A stretch of DNA of 64,000 bases from Syntrophales bacterium (lineage in GTDB: Bacteria; Desulfobacterota; Syntrophia; Syntrophales; UBA2210): contig CAXXKT010000001.1 in assembly GCA_963662405.2 (NCBI GenBank), forward strand, positions 1,568,001 through 1,632,000. The letters run 5' to 3'. Position 1 is the stretch's first letter. Every line of letters starts with the position of its first letter. Positions 20,752-31,135 of the stretch are shown here, in pieces. The notes below the pieces were generated by a model. It was not told the origin of the DNA, searched no databases, and saw nothing but the letters and a program-made list of their open reading frames with translations. The translations under genes and the position numbers were made by a program.

Positions 20752-22752
20752 TTACGCCCCCTGTTTGTCACCTGGATTATGGAGGAGACCCATGACACCG
20801 GCGATCTTTTCCGATGATCCGACGGCGAAGAGGACATCGTCCTCCTCAAAGGGCGTATCCACATCAAGATGTGAGATGATCTCTTTCCCCCTGCGTATTG
20901 CCAGCACGGTCACACCGTATCGTTTCCTCAGCTCGATCTGAGCGAGTGATTTTCCGATGAGCGGCGCTGTGTGACCGATGCGCAGGGCGCTGATCTCGAT
21001 ATCGGGGACCTGGAGCTTTAGATCCCCGAAGGAAGCGGTCTTCCGGGCAAGTGACCGGAACATCTCGTAGCCGTCCGCCCGTACCTCGGCGACGAATCTC
21101 TTGATGACATCGTGAGACACCAGATACTTGGTCAGGACACGGCTGAAGATTTCCACTGAGGTCTCAAACTCTTCCGGAATGACATCGTCGGCACCCAAAT
21201 CATAAAGAGGGGCCATCTCCTGAAAAAAACGCGTCCGAACGATGAGGTACACGTGCGGATTCAATCTCCGCGCAATTTCCGTAATCCCCCGGGTCGCCGC
21301 CGGATCGTTGATCGCAACTACGACGATCTTGGCATCCCGGACCCCCGCGTATTGAAATACCGCCTCCTGGGTCGCATCGCCGTAACAGATCGGCTCACCC
21401 TTTGCCTGTTCGGAGCGGACCGTCTCGGGATTCATCTCGACGATGACGTACGGGATATCCGCCACCTTCGCGGCCCGCGCAACGTTTCTCCCGTTTACCC
21501 CGAAGCCGACGATGATCACGTGATCGTTGATGCCCCCCGTTAGCGGTTCCGGGACGGGGTACAAACCGGTTCTGAGCCATTCCGGAACGGGGCCCCGCAT
21601 GGCGAACTCCGCCAGACGGGGGGCAAACCCCATGATGAACGGGGTTGCCGCCATACTGAGGACGGAGAATGACAGGAAGGTCTGATACCCATTGCCGGTG
21701 AGGAGACCATGTTCGATGCCCGCCTTGGAGAGGATGAAGGAAAACTCACCGATCTGGCTGAGGGCGAGTCCGATCAGGATCGCGGCGCGCAATTGAAGGC
21801 CCAGCAGCACCGCGGCTCCCCCGGCAATAATTGCTTTGAGGAGAAAGACCCCCCCTGTTATCAAGAGGATCAGGCCCAGATGCCGGAAGAGAAAACCGAT
21901 ATCCAGCAGCATCCCGATGGAGACAAAAAAGAAGCTCATGAAGACATCACGGAAGGGGAGTATATTGCCGAGCGCCTGATGGCTGTATTCCGATTCGGAG
22001 ATGATCAGTCCCGCCAGAAACGCCCCGAGGGCGAGGGAAAGGCCGATGCTGGAGGTCAACCACGCGACGGCGAAGCATATGACGACAATGGTCAGCAGAA
22101 AGAGTTCCGGGCTCCTGGTCCGGGCGATCTGATACAGGATCCGGGGGACGATCCACCGGGCGCAGACGATAACCAGGGCGATAATCCCGATCCCCTTGGT
22201 GACAAGGAGCAGAGAGGTGCTGGTCAGGTCACCCGTCGCCCCGGTCAGGAGGGGTGTCACCAAGATCATCGGTACGATGATGATATCCTGGAAGATCAGG
22301 ATCCCCAGCGTGGTTTGTCCGTGGGGGGTGTCGATCTCGGCCCGTTCCTGGGTCAGCTTCAGGACAATGGCCGTACTGCTGAGGGCCACGAGAAACCCCA
22401 AGAAGACGGATTCTCCGGTCGGCTGCCCCATTCTTCCGGCCACGGCGAAGACTGCCAGGATTGTCAGTGATACCTGCAGAAGTCCTCCGACGAGGACGAG
22501 CTTTTTGATCTGCAACAATCTGTTCAGTGAAAACTCAATCCCGATGGTGAAGAGGAGGAGGACGACACCGATCTCGGCAAGCAGCTCGACCTCTCCGACT
22601 ACCCCGACAAGTCCCAGTCCGTGGGGGCCCGCCAAGACACCGGTCAGGAGAAAGCCCACGATAGTCGGCACGTGGATCTGATGACAGACAAAGACGACGA
22701 GGACCGACAGGCCCAATATTGTGATACCGTAATTCAGCAGGTGGCTTTCCAT
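20752..22752 (-). CDS. CPA2/KefC-type cation:proton antiporter with TrkA-N and TrkA-C domains
   Basis: LSSTAIV, LIFQD, HVIIVGFGVNG, YGDAT, VLAIRRG. Confidence 0.92.
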   Translation of the reverse strand: MESHLLNYGITILGLSVLVVFVCHQIHVPTIVGFLLTGVLAGPHGLGLVGVVGEVELLAEIGVVLLLFTIGIEFSLNRLLQIKKLVLVGGLLQVSLTILAVFAVAGRMGQPTGESVFLGFLVALSSTAIVLKLTQERAEIDTPHGQTTLGILIFQDIIIVPMILVTPLLTGATGDLTSTSLLLVTKGIGIIALVIVCARWIVPRILYQIARTRSPELFLLTIVVICFAVAWLTSSIGLSLALGAFLAGLIISESEYSHQALGNILPFRDVFMSFFFVSIGMLLDIGFLFRHLGLILLITGGVFLLKAIIAGGAAVLLGLQLRAAILIGLALSQIGEFSFILSKAGIEHGLLTGNGYQTFLSFSVLSMAATPFIMGFAPRLAEFAMRGPVPEWLRTGLYPVPEPLTGGINDHVIIVGFGVNGRNVARAAKVADIPYVIVEMNPETVRSEQAKGEPICYGDATQEAVFQYAGVRDAKIVVVAINDPAATRGITEIARRLNPHVYLIVRTRFFQEMAPLYDLGADDVIPEEFETSVEIFSRVLTKYLVSHDVIKRFVAEVRADGYEMFRSLARKTASFGDLKLQVPDIEISALRIGHTAPLIGKSLAQIELRKRYGVTVLAIRRGKEIISHLDVDTPFEEDDVLFAVGSSEKIAGVMGLLHNPGDKQGA

Positions 22753-23074
22753 TGTAATCGTATGTCCTTATGCCCCGGCAGTAACCATTTCCACAATCAA
22801 GAAAAACGATAGTAGCACCCTGGGCTGATATTTTCAAAGATATGATGCGGATCGGGTCATTTTCGACACAACGGCCCGAGGATCCCGTGGGGCTGATTCG
22901 GGATAGAGGAATACGAACAGGACCTGCTTCTTGACTTCCTAGGTGTTTCGTGTAAGAATCATTCGACTAAGAATATTTATACGTGGCAACGATTGAGGAA
23001 GTAATTTAAAACAGGGAAGCCGCCAGGCGGTAGATGACCGGTCCCCGGATGCCGCTGGAGGCTGCGTGACGGAG

Positions 23075-23626
23075 ATGCCTTTTCATAAAAAAGATAAATC
23101 GGAGAATTTGGAATCCCTTCCCGTATTTTTTGAACATACCGGAATCGATGAAACGTTCGACATCGGGCAAGATGGATCGGACGAAGGCTGCAGTTTCCGG
23201 ATCCTGGTTGCCCTGCGCCGGATCATGCATTTTGTCGATGCCTATTCCAAGAAACTCGCAGTTGATTACCATATAACAGGGCCACAGCTCATCTGTCTCT
23301 ATTCCATCGTGAAGGAAGGACCCCTGACCCTTTCGGATCTGGGGAGGCGAGTCAGCCTGAGCATGAGCACCGTGAACGGAATTGTCGATCGCCTTGATTA
23401 TAAGGAACTTGTCGTGCGTGAGCGGAGGGATCGGGACCGCCGCAAGGTGCTCATTTCGGCTACTGATTCCGGAAGGCAATTGGCGTCACAGGCCCCGCTC
23501 CCCCTGCAAGATCGGCTTGCCCAAGCGATTACACGATTGCCTGAGGAGGAGCAGGCTTCAATTGCCCTTTCATTTGAAAGGGTCGTGGAGATGATGGAGG
23601 TGAAGAGTTCATTTCCCCGTACCTGA
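23075..23626 (+). CDS. MarR-family regulator (EctR-like context)
   Basis: ITGPQLICL, STVNGIVDRL, DRRKV; upstream of compatible-solute transporter. Confidence 0.88.
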   Translation: MPFHKKDKSENLESLPVFFEHTGIDETFDIGQDGSDEGCSFRILVALRRIMHFVDAYSKKLAVDYHITGPQLICLYSIVKEGPLTLSDLGRRVSLSMSTVNGIVDRLDYKELVVRERRDRDRRKVLISATDSGRQLASQAPLPLQDRLAQAITRLPEEEQASIALSFERVVEMMEVKSSFPRT

Positions 23627-23793
23627 CGGTGCGCACCTGGGTGATGGATCCGGGCACTGAAAAGGTTTACAGGCAAGGGATCACACCTGTCCGGTATACC
23701 CGTCGGCTTACTCCGAATTCCTCCCAAAATTAAAGATACGGTGTATACGAGACAAACCCGTTTGTCTCATCATCATGAGGAGATTGCAGAAAC

Positions 23794-24993
23794 ATGGCTG
23801 AGAAAATTATTGTTGAACATCTGTTCAAGATCTTTGGAGATCATCCCGAAAAGGCGCTCAAGCTCTACAAGGAGGGCCTTTCCAAGGACGATATCATGGA
23901 AAAAACCCGTCAGACGATTGGGGTCGCCGATGTCTCTTTTACGGTTAACGAAGGTGAGATCCTTGTAATAATGGGGCTTTCAGGGAGCGGAAAATCGACC
24001 CTGGTCCGCTGTATCAATCGGCTGATCGAGCCGTCGTACGGAAAGATCACCCTTGACGGGGTTGATGTTACCACCCTCTCCAGCGAAGCGCTTCGCAAGC
24101 TGCGGCAGGAGCGCTTCGGGATGGTATTTCAGCATTTTGCCCTTTTCCCCCGGCGGACCGTCATCAAAAATGTGGAATACGGACTGGAGATCCAGAAGGT
24201 TCCCCCCCCCGTTCGCGAGGAAAAGGCAATCCAGGCCTTGGAACAGGTTGGTCTCAAGGGGTGGGAAGATTCATATCCCGGCCAACTCAGCGGGGGGATG
24301 CAGCAGCGAGTGGGGCTGGCGCGGGCACTGGCGCTTGATCCGGATATCATGCTGATGGACGAGGCCTTCAGCGCCCTGGATCCCCTTATCAGGAGAGACA
24401 TGCAGGACGAACTCCTCGACCTTCAGGAACGGGTACAGAAGACGATCATCTTCATCAGTCATGATCTCGATGAGGCCCTCAAGCTGGGGGATCGGATTAT
24501 CCTCATGAAGGACGGGAAGATTGTCCAGGAAGGGACCGCGGAGGATATCCTGACGAATCCGGCTGATGAATATGTGGAAAAATTTGTTGAGGATGTGGAC
24601 CTTTCCAAGGTGATCACCGCCGAGACCGTTATGAAAAACCCGTTGGAGGTGGCCAGTTTTGCCCATGACGGCCCCAAGGCCGCCCTGTGGAAGATGAAGA
24701 AGGCGGGGATATCCAGTATCTTTGTCCAACACAAGGGAAAGGTACAGGGGATCGTCAACGCCGATGACGCCGCCCGGGCCCTCAAAAACGGTGAGAAGGA
24801 CCTGACCGGGATCCTGCGGACGGATATCGTCACTGTAACGCCCGATACACTTGCATCGGAGCTGTTCCCCCTCTTGGCGGAGTCGAGCCCGGTTGCCGTG
24901 GTGAATACCGAAGGGAAACTGAAAGGGGTCATCGTCAAGGGATCTCTGATAGCAGCGCTTTCTGAAGGAGTAAACAACAATGGAACAACTTAG
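23794..24993 (+). CDS. proV: Glycine betaine/proline ABC ATPase
   Basis: GLSGSGKST, LSGGMQQRVGLAR, DEAFSALDP, CBS tail. Confidence 0.95.
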   Translation: MAEKIIVEHLFKIFGDHPEKALKLYKEGLSKDDIMEKTRQTIGVADVSFTVNEGEILVIMGLSGSGKSTLVRCINRLIEPSYGKITLDGVDVTTLSSEALRKLRQERFGMVFQHFALFPRRTVIKNVEYGLEIQKVPPPVREEKAIQALEQVGLKGWEDSYPGQLSGGMQQRVGLARALALDPDIMLMDEAFSALDPLIRRDMQDELLDLQERVQKTIIFISHDLDEALKLGDRIILMKDGKIVQEGTAEDILTNPADEYVEKFVEDVDLSKVITAETVMKNPLEVASFAHDGPKAALWKMKKAGISSIFVQHKGKVQGIVNADDAARALKNGEKDLTGILRTDIVTVTPDTLASELFPLLAESSPVAVVNTEGKLKGVIVKGSLIAALSEGVNNNGTT

Positions 24994-25825
24994 AATACCG
25001 ATCGGTAAGACAATCGAGTGGCTGATCGAGCTCTTTACCGAGCATTTCTCATTTATCACCATCGCCTTTTCCCAGGTAACGGAAAACGGGATCAAATATC
25101 TCGTAAAGGTGATGATGTTTCCCCCGCCATGGGTACTCATTGTGATCTTTACCGGACTGGCCTGGTATTTGAGCAAGAGGAGGGGGATTGCCCTCTTTAC
25201 TGTTATCGGCCTGTCCCTGATCTGGAACATGGGGTTGTGGCACCCGACGGTGAGCACGATAGCCCTGGTCCTCATCTCGACCCTGATAGCAATATTGATC
25301 GGCATGCCTTTGGGGATTGTCTCGGCGCTGAATCAGACCGCCTATCGGGTCATCATGCCGATCCTGGATGTAATGCAGACGATGCCTGCCTTTGTCTATC
25401 TCATCCCGGCCATCCCGCTCTTTGGTCTCGGTCCGGTGGGCGCGATATTTTCGACGGTCATCTTTGCCATGCCGCCAGCGATCCGGCTGACCTGTCTGGG
25501 CATCAGGCAGGTCCCCGTTGAGCTGATCGAGGCCGCAGACGCCTTTGGAAGTACCAAGGGACAGAAGCTGTTCAAGCTTCAGCTTCCCATGGCAACCCCC
25601 ACCATCATGGCCGGAATCAATCAGACCATCATGCTGGCGCTGTCCATGGTAGTGATCGCCGCGATGATTGGTGCCAAGGGCCTCGGCGGCGAGGTGTGGA
25701 AGGCGATTCAGCGGCTCCAGCCCGATCGGGGGTTTGAGGCGGGTATCGCCATCGTCATTATTGCCATGATCCTTGATCGCATCATGCAGAGGATCGGGGG
25801 CAAGGCGGAGGGGACACCGGAGTGA
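24980..25825 (+). CDS. proW: Glycine betaine ABC permease
   Basis: DVMQTMPAFVYLIP, EAADAFG, GINQTIMLALSMVV. Confidence 0.95.
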   Translation: MEQLRIPIGKTIEWLIELFTEHFSFITIAFSQVTENGIKYLVKVMMFPPPWVLIVIFTGLAWYLSKRRGIALFTVIGLSLIWNMGLWHPTVSTIALVLISTLIAILIGMPLGIVSALNQTAYRVIMPILDVMQTMPAFVYLIPAIPLFGLGPVGAIFSTVIFAMPPAIRLTCLGIRQVPVELIEAADAFGSTKGQKLFKLQLPMATPTIMAGINQTIMLALSMVVIAAMIGAKGLGGEVWKAIQRLQPDRGFEAGIAIVIIAMILDRIMQRIGGKAEGTPE

Positions 25826-25894
25826 TAGAGCGAGGGTATACACAAAAACAGAAAAAGGATGATTCGGAGAAACAAACACAAAGAGGAGGAAGGT

Positions 25895-26746
25895 ATGAAA
25901 AAGATCGGCTTAGTGGTTATTATTGTAGCACTGGCTTTGGTCCTGGGGCCCATTTCCAGTACGTATGCGGCAAAGGGAGAGGTTGAGCTGGCCTATGTTG
26001 AATGGTCATGCGCGACGGCGAGCGTGAATGTGGTGAAGGCGGTGTTGGAGGAGAAGCTGGGATACACGGTAGAGATTACCCCCGTGAGCGCGGCCGCCAT
26101 GTGGCAGGCCCTTGCCAGCGGAGATGTGGACGGGATAACGACGGCCTGGCTCCCGGTCACGCACGCCCATTACATCGCGAAGGTCAAGGACAAGGTCGTC
26201 GACCTGGGATCCAACTGTGAAGGTGCGGGGATCGGCCTGGTGGCACCCACCTATGTGACGATCGATTCCATCGGTGAGATGAATGCCGTCGCCGATAAAT
26301 TCGACGGCAAGATCATCGGTATCGATCCCGGTGCGGGGCTCATGAGTAAGACCGAAAAGGCCATCAAGGAGTACGGACTGACCAAGTTTGAGCTGATGGA
26401 GGGGACCGGGGCCATCATGACCGCCGTCTTGAAGAATAAGATAAAGAAAAAAGAATGGGTTGTTGTGACCGGATGGACTCCGCATTGGAAGTTTGCCCGG
26501 TGGGACCTGAAATATCTCAAGGATCCCAAGGGTATTTTCGGCGGGGCCGAGGAGATCAGGACGATCGTCCGCACGGGACTCGACAAGGATATGCCGGAGG
26601 TATACCGCTTCCTCGATAAATTTCACTGGAACCTGGCGGAGATCGGCCAGGTAATGGGGTGGAACGCCGACGGCGCTGATCCCTATGAATCCGCCAAACG
26701 CTGGATCAAGGAAAATCCGGACCGTGTCAATGAGTGGTTGAAATAA
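25895..26746 (+). CDS. proX: Glycine betaine ABC substrate-binding protein
   Basis: Signal peptide, AWLP, IIGIDPGAG, GWTPHW. Confidence 0.92.
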   Translation: MKKIGLVVIIVALALVLGPISSTYAAKGEVELAYVEWSCATASVNVVKAVLEEKLGYTVEITPVSAAAMWQALASGDVDGITTAWLPVTHAHYIAKVKDKVVDLGSNCEGAGIGLVAPTYVTIDSIGEMNAVADKFDGKIIGIDPGAGLMSKTEKAIKEYGLTKFELMEGTGAIMTAVLKNKIKKKEWVVVTGWTPHWKFARWDLKYLKDPKGIFGGAEEIRTIVRTGLDKDMPEVYRFLDKFHWNLAEIGQVMGWNADGADPYESAKRWIKENPDRVNEWLK

Positions 26747-26784
26747 GGCGCACGCGAAGATCGTGCGCGGCACGCTGTAACATG

Positions 26785-26818
26785 ACGGCCGCCCCGGACG
26801 GGGGGGCCGTTTTTTTTA
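26785..26818. terminator. Rho-independent terminator between proX and the convergent small ORF
   Basis: ACGGCCGCCCC-ggac-GGGGGGGCCGT followed by a T-run. Confidence 0.8.
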
Positions 26819-26820
26819 TG

Positions 26821-26976
26821 TTATGTGTTCCTATCGGACTTTTCATTCGGGTTCCTTTTGTCCGCCACCTGGCAGGTCTGATTCATTCAGGTGGGTATCC
26901 CCATCTTCGGGAATATATAGGACTGAAGAACAACCCAGACAGTGACAATCCCCAGAAGAATCAATATGTCGTGCAT
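26821..26976 (-). CDS. Small membrane-anchored putative selenoprotein, 51 aa (UxxxxC)
   Basis: MHDILILLGIVTVWVVLQSYIFPKMGIPT-TGA-MNQTCQVADKRNPNEKSDRNT-TAA; RBS GAGGGAG; own promoter; hairpin after the UGA. Confidence 0.72.
26862..26875 (-). promoter_or_regulatory. Candidate SECIS hairpin
   Basis: CTGCC-AGGT-GGCGG after an 11-nt spacer 3' of the UGA; loop resembles the E. coli fdhF SECIS (AGGU). Confidence 0.6.
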
Positions 26977-27002
26977 GCTCTCCCTCGCCACTCTTTTTCC
27001 GT

Positions 27003-27031
27003 AAGATAGTGTCCTGTTTCTTCCTTGTCAA
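27003..27031 (-). promoter_or_regulatory. Sigma70-type promoter of the small ORF
   Basis: TTGACA-17 nt-TATCTT on the minus strand. Confidence 0.7.
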
Positions 27032-27173
27032 ATCCCCCGCCACGGAGCACTGGTATCGTCCTCTCTCACTTCAAACACCATTTTCAAGGGACACTAGCCC
27101 GGAAACGTGTGTCCGTTATCGTTCCGGGTCTCCATTCCGGGAGGGAGGAGACATGGTCTTGGTGGAGATAAAC

Positions 27174-27202
27174 TTGACCTCGCCGGTTTGAGTGATTATA
27201 CT
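27174..27202 (+). promoter_or_regulatory. Sigma70-type promoter
   Basis: TTGACC-17 nt-TATACT. Confidence 0.6.
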
Positions 27203-27239
27203 TGAAAGAAATATTATAAAATTGGGGGGGTTTGTTCCT

Positions 27240-28940
27240 ATGGTTCATCAGAAAAAAATCATCGTAATCGGTGGTTCGGCCGCAGGTCCCAAAGCGGCCG
27301 CCAAGGCACGAAGGTTGGATTACCATGCTGATATCGTCATCCTGCAAAAGGCGCCCGATCTCTCCATGGCCTCCTGCGGATATCCGTACTATGTCGGTGG
27401 GTATTTCGACGACCGGAATATGCTTCTGTGTACACCGACGGGTGTGACACGAGATCCCCTCTATTATCTCAACGCAAAGGGGATCGAGGCGCAGACGAAC
27501 ACCGAGGTAACGGCAATCGACCGGAAGGCCAGGATCGTCTCCTGTACGAACCTGTTGACGGGAGAGAAACAACAGCTCGCGTACGACAAGCTCGTTATCG
27601 CCACGGGTGCCGTCCCCAAGATGCCGCCGGTTCCGGGGACCGATCTCGACGGGGTTACCACGCTCCAGTCAATGAGGGATGCTGATTTTCTTCGAAAGGT
27701 TCGTGACGAGGGGAAGATCAAGAAGGCCGTCGTGATCGGAGGGGGTCTGATCGGGATCGAGACCTGCGAGGCCCTCCAACTGGCAGGGATAGAAATTACG
27801 GTGGTCGAACTTCTTCCCCAGCTCCTGACCTTTCTCGACTGGGAACTCGCCAAGCTGGTTGAGAACCACGTGAGGGCCAAATCGGCGAATGTCATCACCG
27901 ATAACGGTGTTGTTCAGTTTCTCGGACAGGATGGAAAACTGAGTGGCGTGAAACTTCAAAACGGCGCCGAACTGGCCTGTGAGCTGGCCGTCATCGCCAT
28001 CGGTGTGTCGCCCAATGTGCGTCTCGCGAAGGAGGCGGGGCTGAAGATCGGTGAGACGGGTGGGATCGAGGTCAATGAATATATGCAGACCTCGGACGAG
28101 GATATCTATGCCGTGGGAGATTGTGTCGAATCGTTCAATCGCATCACGGGGAAGAAGGTCCTGGCCCCCTATGGAGATGTCGCCAATCTGCAGGGGCGTA
28201 TTGCCGGTGAAAATGCGGCGGCCGGAAACAGTGTTGTCTTCCCGGGAGTCATCCAGACGGGGATCTGCAAGGTATTCGATTACGCCGCCGGCTCGACGGG
28301 TCTCTCCGAAACGGTAGCTAAAAGGCTGGGGTACGATGATATCATCACGGCAGTCAACGCGAGCCCCGATAAACCCGGTTTCATGGAGGGACAACTCCTG
28401 GTTACCAAGCTGGTTGCCGACCGGAAGACCGGCAAGGTCCTCGGGGCGCAGTGCATGGGCCCGGGAAATGTGAGTAAACAGATCGCCCAGTGGGCAATGG
28501 CCATCCAGGGAGGTCTCACGGTTGAGGATATCGTCAATTCCGACCTGCCCTACGCGCCGCCCTTCTCTCTCGCGATAGATCATTTCATCGCGACGGCCCA
28601 CATCATGCAGAATAAGATCAAGGGGAGAATGAAGGGCATATCGGTGACGGAGGTCAAGCAGAAACTGGAAAACCATGAAAAACCCTTCATGCTGGATACG
28701 CGCGGGCCGGACGAGTATGAAGAGATGCGCCTCGGTATCGGAGAGTCCATTATCCCTCTCGGCGCCCTGCGCAGACGCCTGAACGAACTCCCCGAAGATA
28801 AGGATCAGGAGATCATCTGTTTCTGCAAGATATCTCTCAGGGGGTACGAGGCGGCGCTCGTTCTCGAGGCGAACGGATGGAAGAACGTCAAGGTAATGGA
28901 AGGCGGTATCATGGCGTGGCCCTACGCGCGTGATAAATAA
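27240..28940 (+). CDS. CoA-disulfide/persulfide reductase-like flavoprotein with C-terminal rhodanese
   Basis: VIGGSAAG, SMASCGYPY, GGGLIGIE, YAVGDC, YAPPFS, FCKISLRG. Confidence 0.9.
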   Translation: MVHQKKIIVIGGSAAGPKAAAKARRLDYHADIVILQKAPDLSMASCGYPYYVGGYFDDRNMLLCTPTGVTRDPLYYLNAKGIEAQTNTEVTAIDRKARIVSCTNLLTGEKQQLAYDKLVIATGAVPKMPPVPGTDLDGVTTLQSMRDADFLRKVRDEGKIKKAVVIGGGLIGIETCEALQLAGIEITVVELLPQLLTFLDWELAKLVENHVRAKSANVITDNGVVQFLGQDGKLSGVKLQNGAELACELAVIAIGVSPNVRLAKEAGLKIGETGGIEVNEYMQTSDEDIYAVGDCVESFNRITGKKVLAPYGDVANLQGRIAGENAAAGNSVVFPGVIQTGICKVFDYAAGSTGLSETVAKRLGYDDIITAVNASPDKPGFMEGQLLVTKLVADRKTGKVLGAQCMGPGNVSKQIAQWAMAIQGGLTVEDIVNSDLPYAPPFSLAIDHFIATAHIMQNKIKGRMKGISVTEVKQKLENHEKPFMLDTRGPDEYEEMRLGIGESIIPLGALRRRLNELPEDKDQEIICFCKISLRGYEAALVLEANGWKNVKVMEGGIMAWPYARDK

Positions 28941-29085
28941 AAGGTGTCCTGAACTCGGCGGCCACCGTCACAGGGGTCGGTGGCCGCATCCGGTCGACGC
29001 GGCACGCATTAAAGCCGCAGTTCAACACATTCTTTCCGGGGGTGAGCGCTTCTCATTCGATAATCGAGAGGCGCTCATACCATAA

Positions 29086-29219
29086 TTATTCCCAACCCTT
29101 AGCCGGTGCAATCGTTGCGACGTTCATTCCTTCCTCCGTGAGCCTGAAAGAGGCGTGCCCCCGTATTCCTAGTACATGTCTTTGACGAAGAGACAGGCGC
29201 ATCTCCCGGTGAGTCTCAT
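29086..29219 (-). pseudogene. PfpI/DJ-1 family N-terminal remnant
   Basis: RBS AAGGAGG, MRLTGRCACLFVKDMY-stop, then a shifted frame FRLTEEGMNVATIAPAKG resembling the PfpI N-terminus. Confidence 0.5.
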
Positions 29220-29408
29220 ACTGCTTCCTCCTTTCATTTCTTCTTGTTGGTGTTTGCATGGAGATTGCGATCCGCTCTTCTGAGAATGCCGGCACCGCCG
29301 GATGACGGAAGGGCCGAAGGATTGTTTGGACTTCACAGATGGTGACGACATCTGGTATGACGATCCCTGGAAAACGAGCGAATACGAAAAGAGGAAAGGA
29401 GAGTGTAT

Positions 29409-30173
29409 ATGGATGTGGTAAAAATCATGCCCTGCCTCGACATGAAAGACGGCAGGGTGGTGAAGGGGATTCACTTTGTTGAGCTGAAAGATGCCGGTGA
29501 TCCAGTCGAAAATGCAGCCTATTACCAGGCAGAGGGTGCCGATGAACTGGCCATGCTGGATATTGCCGCGACCGTCGAGAACCGGAAGACACGGCTTGAA
29601 TGGATTGGGAATGTTGCCGCGGTGATCGACATACCACTGACGGTGGGAGGGGGGATTGCCAGCCTGGATGACATCCAAATGGTTCTCGATGCCGGGGCCG
29701 ATAAGATATCCATGAACAGCGCGGCCGTCAAAGCCCCGGAACTGGTGAGACAGGCATCGGAACGGTTCGGGAAGGAGCGGGTGACCGTCGCCGTCGATGC
29801 CCGGAGAAGCAAAGAGATGCCCTCCGGTTTTGAACTGGTCGTGTCCGGTGGCACGAAACCGGTCGGGAAAGATGCGATTGCCTGGGCACAAGAATGCCAG
29901 AGCCTGGGTGCGGGGGTAATCCTCCCGACAAGCATGGACGGAGACGGGACCAGGGCGGGATATGACCTGGAATTCACCCGCGCGATTTCGGATGCGGTGG
30001 ATCTCCCCGTGATAGCATCAGGCGGGGCGGGTATCCTGGAGCACTTCTACGAGGGTGTGGCCAAAGGGGGGGCGCGGATCCTTCTCGCCGCGTCGGTCTT
30101 TCACTATCGAACCCTGCGGATCAGGGAGGTGAAGGAATATCTGAGGGGAAAAGGGCTCTCCGTTATCCTCTGA
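29409..30173 (+). CDS. hisF: Imidazole glycerol phosphate synthase cyclase subunit
   Basis: IMPCLD, GRVVKG, DAGDPVE, TVGGGI, TSMDGDGT, VIASGGAG, LAASVFH. Confidence 0.93.
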   Translation: MDVVKIMPCLDMKDGRVVKGIHFVELKDAGDPVENAAYYQAEGADELAMLDIAATVENRKTRLEWIGNVAAVIDIPLTVGGGIASLDDIQMVLDAGADKISMNSAAVKAPELVRQASERFGKERVTVAVDARRSKEMPSGFELVVSGGTKPVGKDAIAWAQECQSLGAGVILPTSMDGDGTRAGYDLEFTRAISDAVDLPVIASGGAGILEHFYEGVAKGGARILLAASVFHYRTLRIREVKEYLRGKGLSVIL

Positions 30174-30187
30174 AATCGGTTCATCCT

Positions 30188-30216
30188 GATGGGGCAGGCC
30201 TTCAGCCTGCCCCATC
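30188..30216. terminator. Hairpin between convergent hisF and SDR genes
   Basis: GATGGGGCAGGC-cttca-GCCTGCCCCATC. Confidence 0.7.
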
Positions 30217-30225
30217 TCTGTAAGA

Positions 30226-31035
30226 TTATGTCGTTACAAATTCTGGTGAGGCGACGGTACATCCGCCGTCCATCAGGATCGTCTCGCCCGTCGTGAAACT
30301 CGATGCATCCGATGCCAGGTAGATGGCCGCTCCCGCCATCTCGTCGGGTTCGCCGATCCTGCCCAGGGGGACATGCTTCGCCATCTCGGCCTTTTCCGCC
30401 TTGGCCTGTTCCTCGGGGAGGTGGAACCAGTGCGAGTCGAGCATCTTCGTGGTCACCGGACCCGGTGCGATGGCATTTACCCTGACATTGAACGGCGCCA
30501 GCTCGAGGGCCATCGATTTGGTCGCCATAATGACGGCTGCCTTCGAGATCGAGTAGATCCCCACGTATGGCTCCGGTTTGTAGCCGTCCATCGAGGCCGT
30601 ATTGATGATGGATCCGCCTCCCTGCTCCTTCATGACGCGCGCGACGGCCTGACTCATGAAGTAGAGCCCCTTCAGGTTGAGATTCATGATGGTATCCCAG
30701 AGGCGTTCTTCGTTATCCAGGATCGTTCCCATCGCCGGCGAAGCCCCCGCATTGTTGACCAGGATGTCGATTCTCTTGAATTCCGACATTATCGTGTCCA
30801 CCAGAGGTTTTATATTGTCCATCTTTCCGATGTGGGCCGCGATGGGCATGGCCTTTCTGCCCAGTTTCCGTATTTCCGCCGCGACCTCTTCAAGATCCGG
30901 CAGCTTTCTGCTGGTGACGACGACGTCGGCCCCCGCCTGTGCCATGCCGAGCGCAATCGCCCGTCCGATTCCTCTGCTCCCACCCGTGACGACGGCTACT
31001 TTTCCTTCAAGGGAAAAACGCGATAAATCTGTCAT
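30226..31035 (-). CDS. SDR oxidoreductase
   Basis: TGGSRGIG, NNAG, YSISK. Confidence 0.93.
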   Translation of the reverse strand: MTDLSRFSLEGKVAVVTGGSRGIGRAIALGMAQAGADVVVTSRKLPDLEEVAAEIRKLGRKAMPIAAHIGKMDNIKPLVDTIMSEFKRIDILVNNAGASPAMGTILDNEERLWDTIMNLNLKGLYFMSQAVARVMKEQGGGSIINTASMDGYKPEPYVGIYSISKAAVIMATKSMALELAPFNVRVNAIAPGPVTTKMLDSHWFHLPEEQAKAEKAEMAKHVPLGRIGEPDEMAGAAIYLASDASSFTTGETILMDGGCTVASPEFVTT

Positions 31036-31135
31036 AGTATAACCTCCATTTATGATGTGTGCTTAGGTCACATACCTCCCCGCGCCACGGAGAGGGGCGA
31101 TTCCGGTCGACGTCGGAAACGGCAGGGAGATGCCT

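Noticed and set aside
27085..27155. Hairpins between the small ORF promoter and the flavoprotein gene as an ncRNA
   Set aside because: No recognisable RNA family motif.
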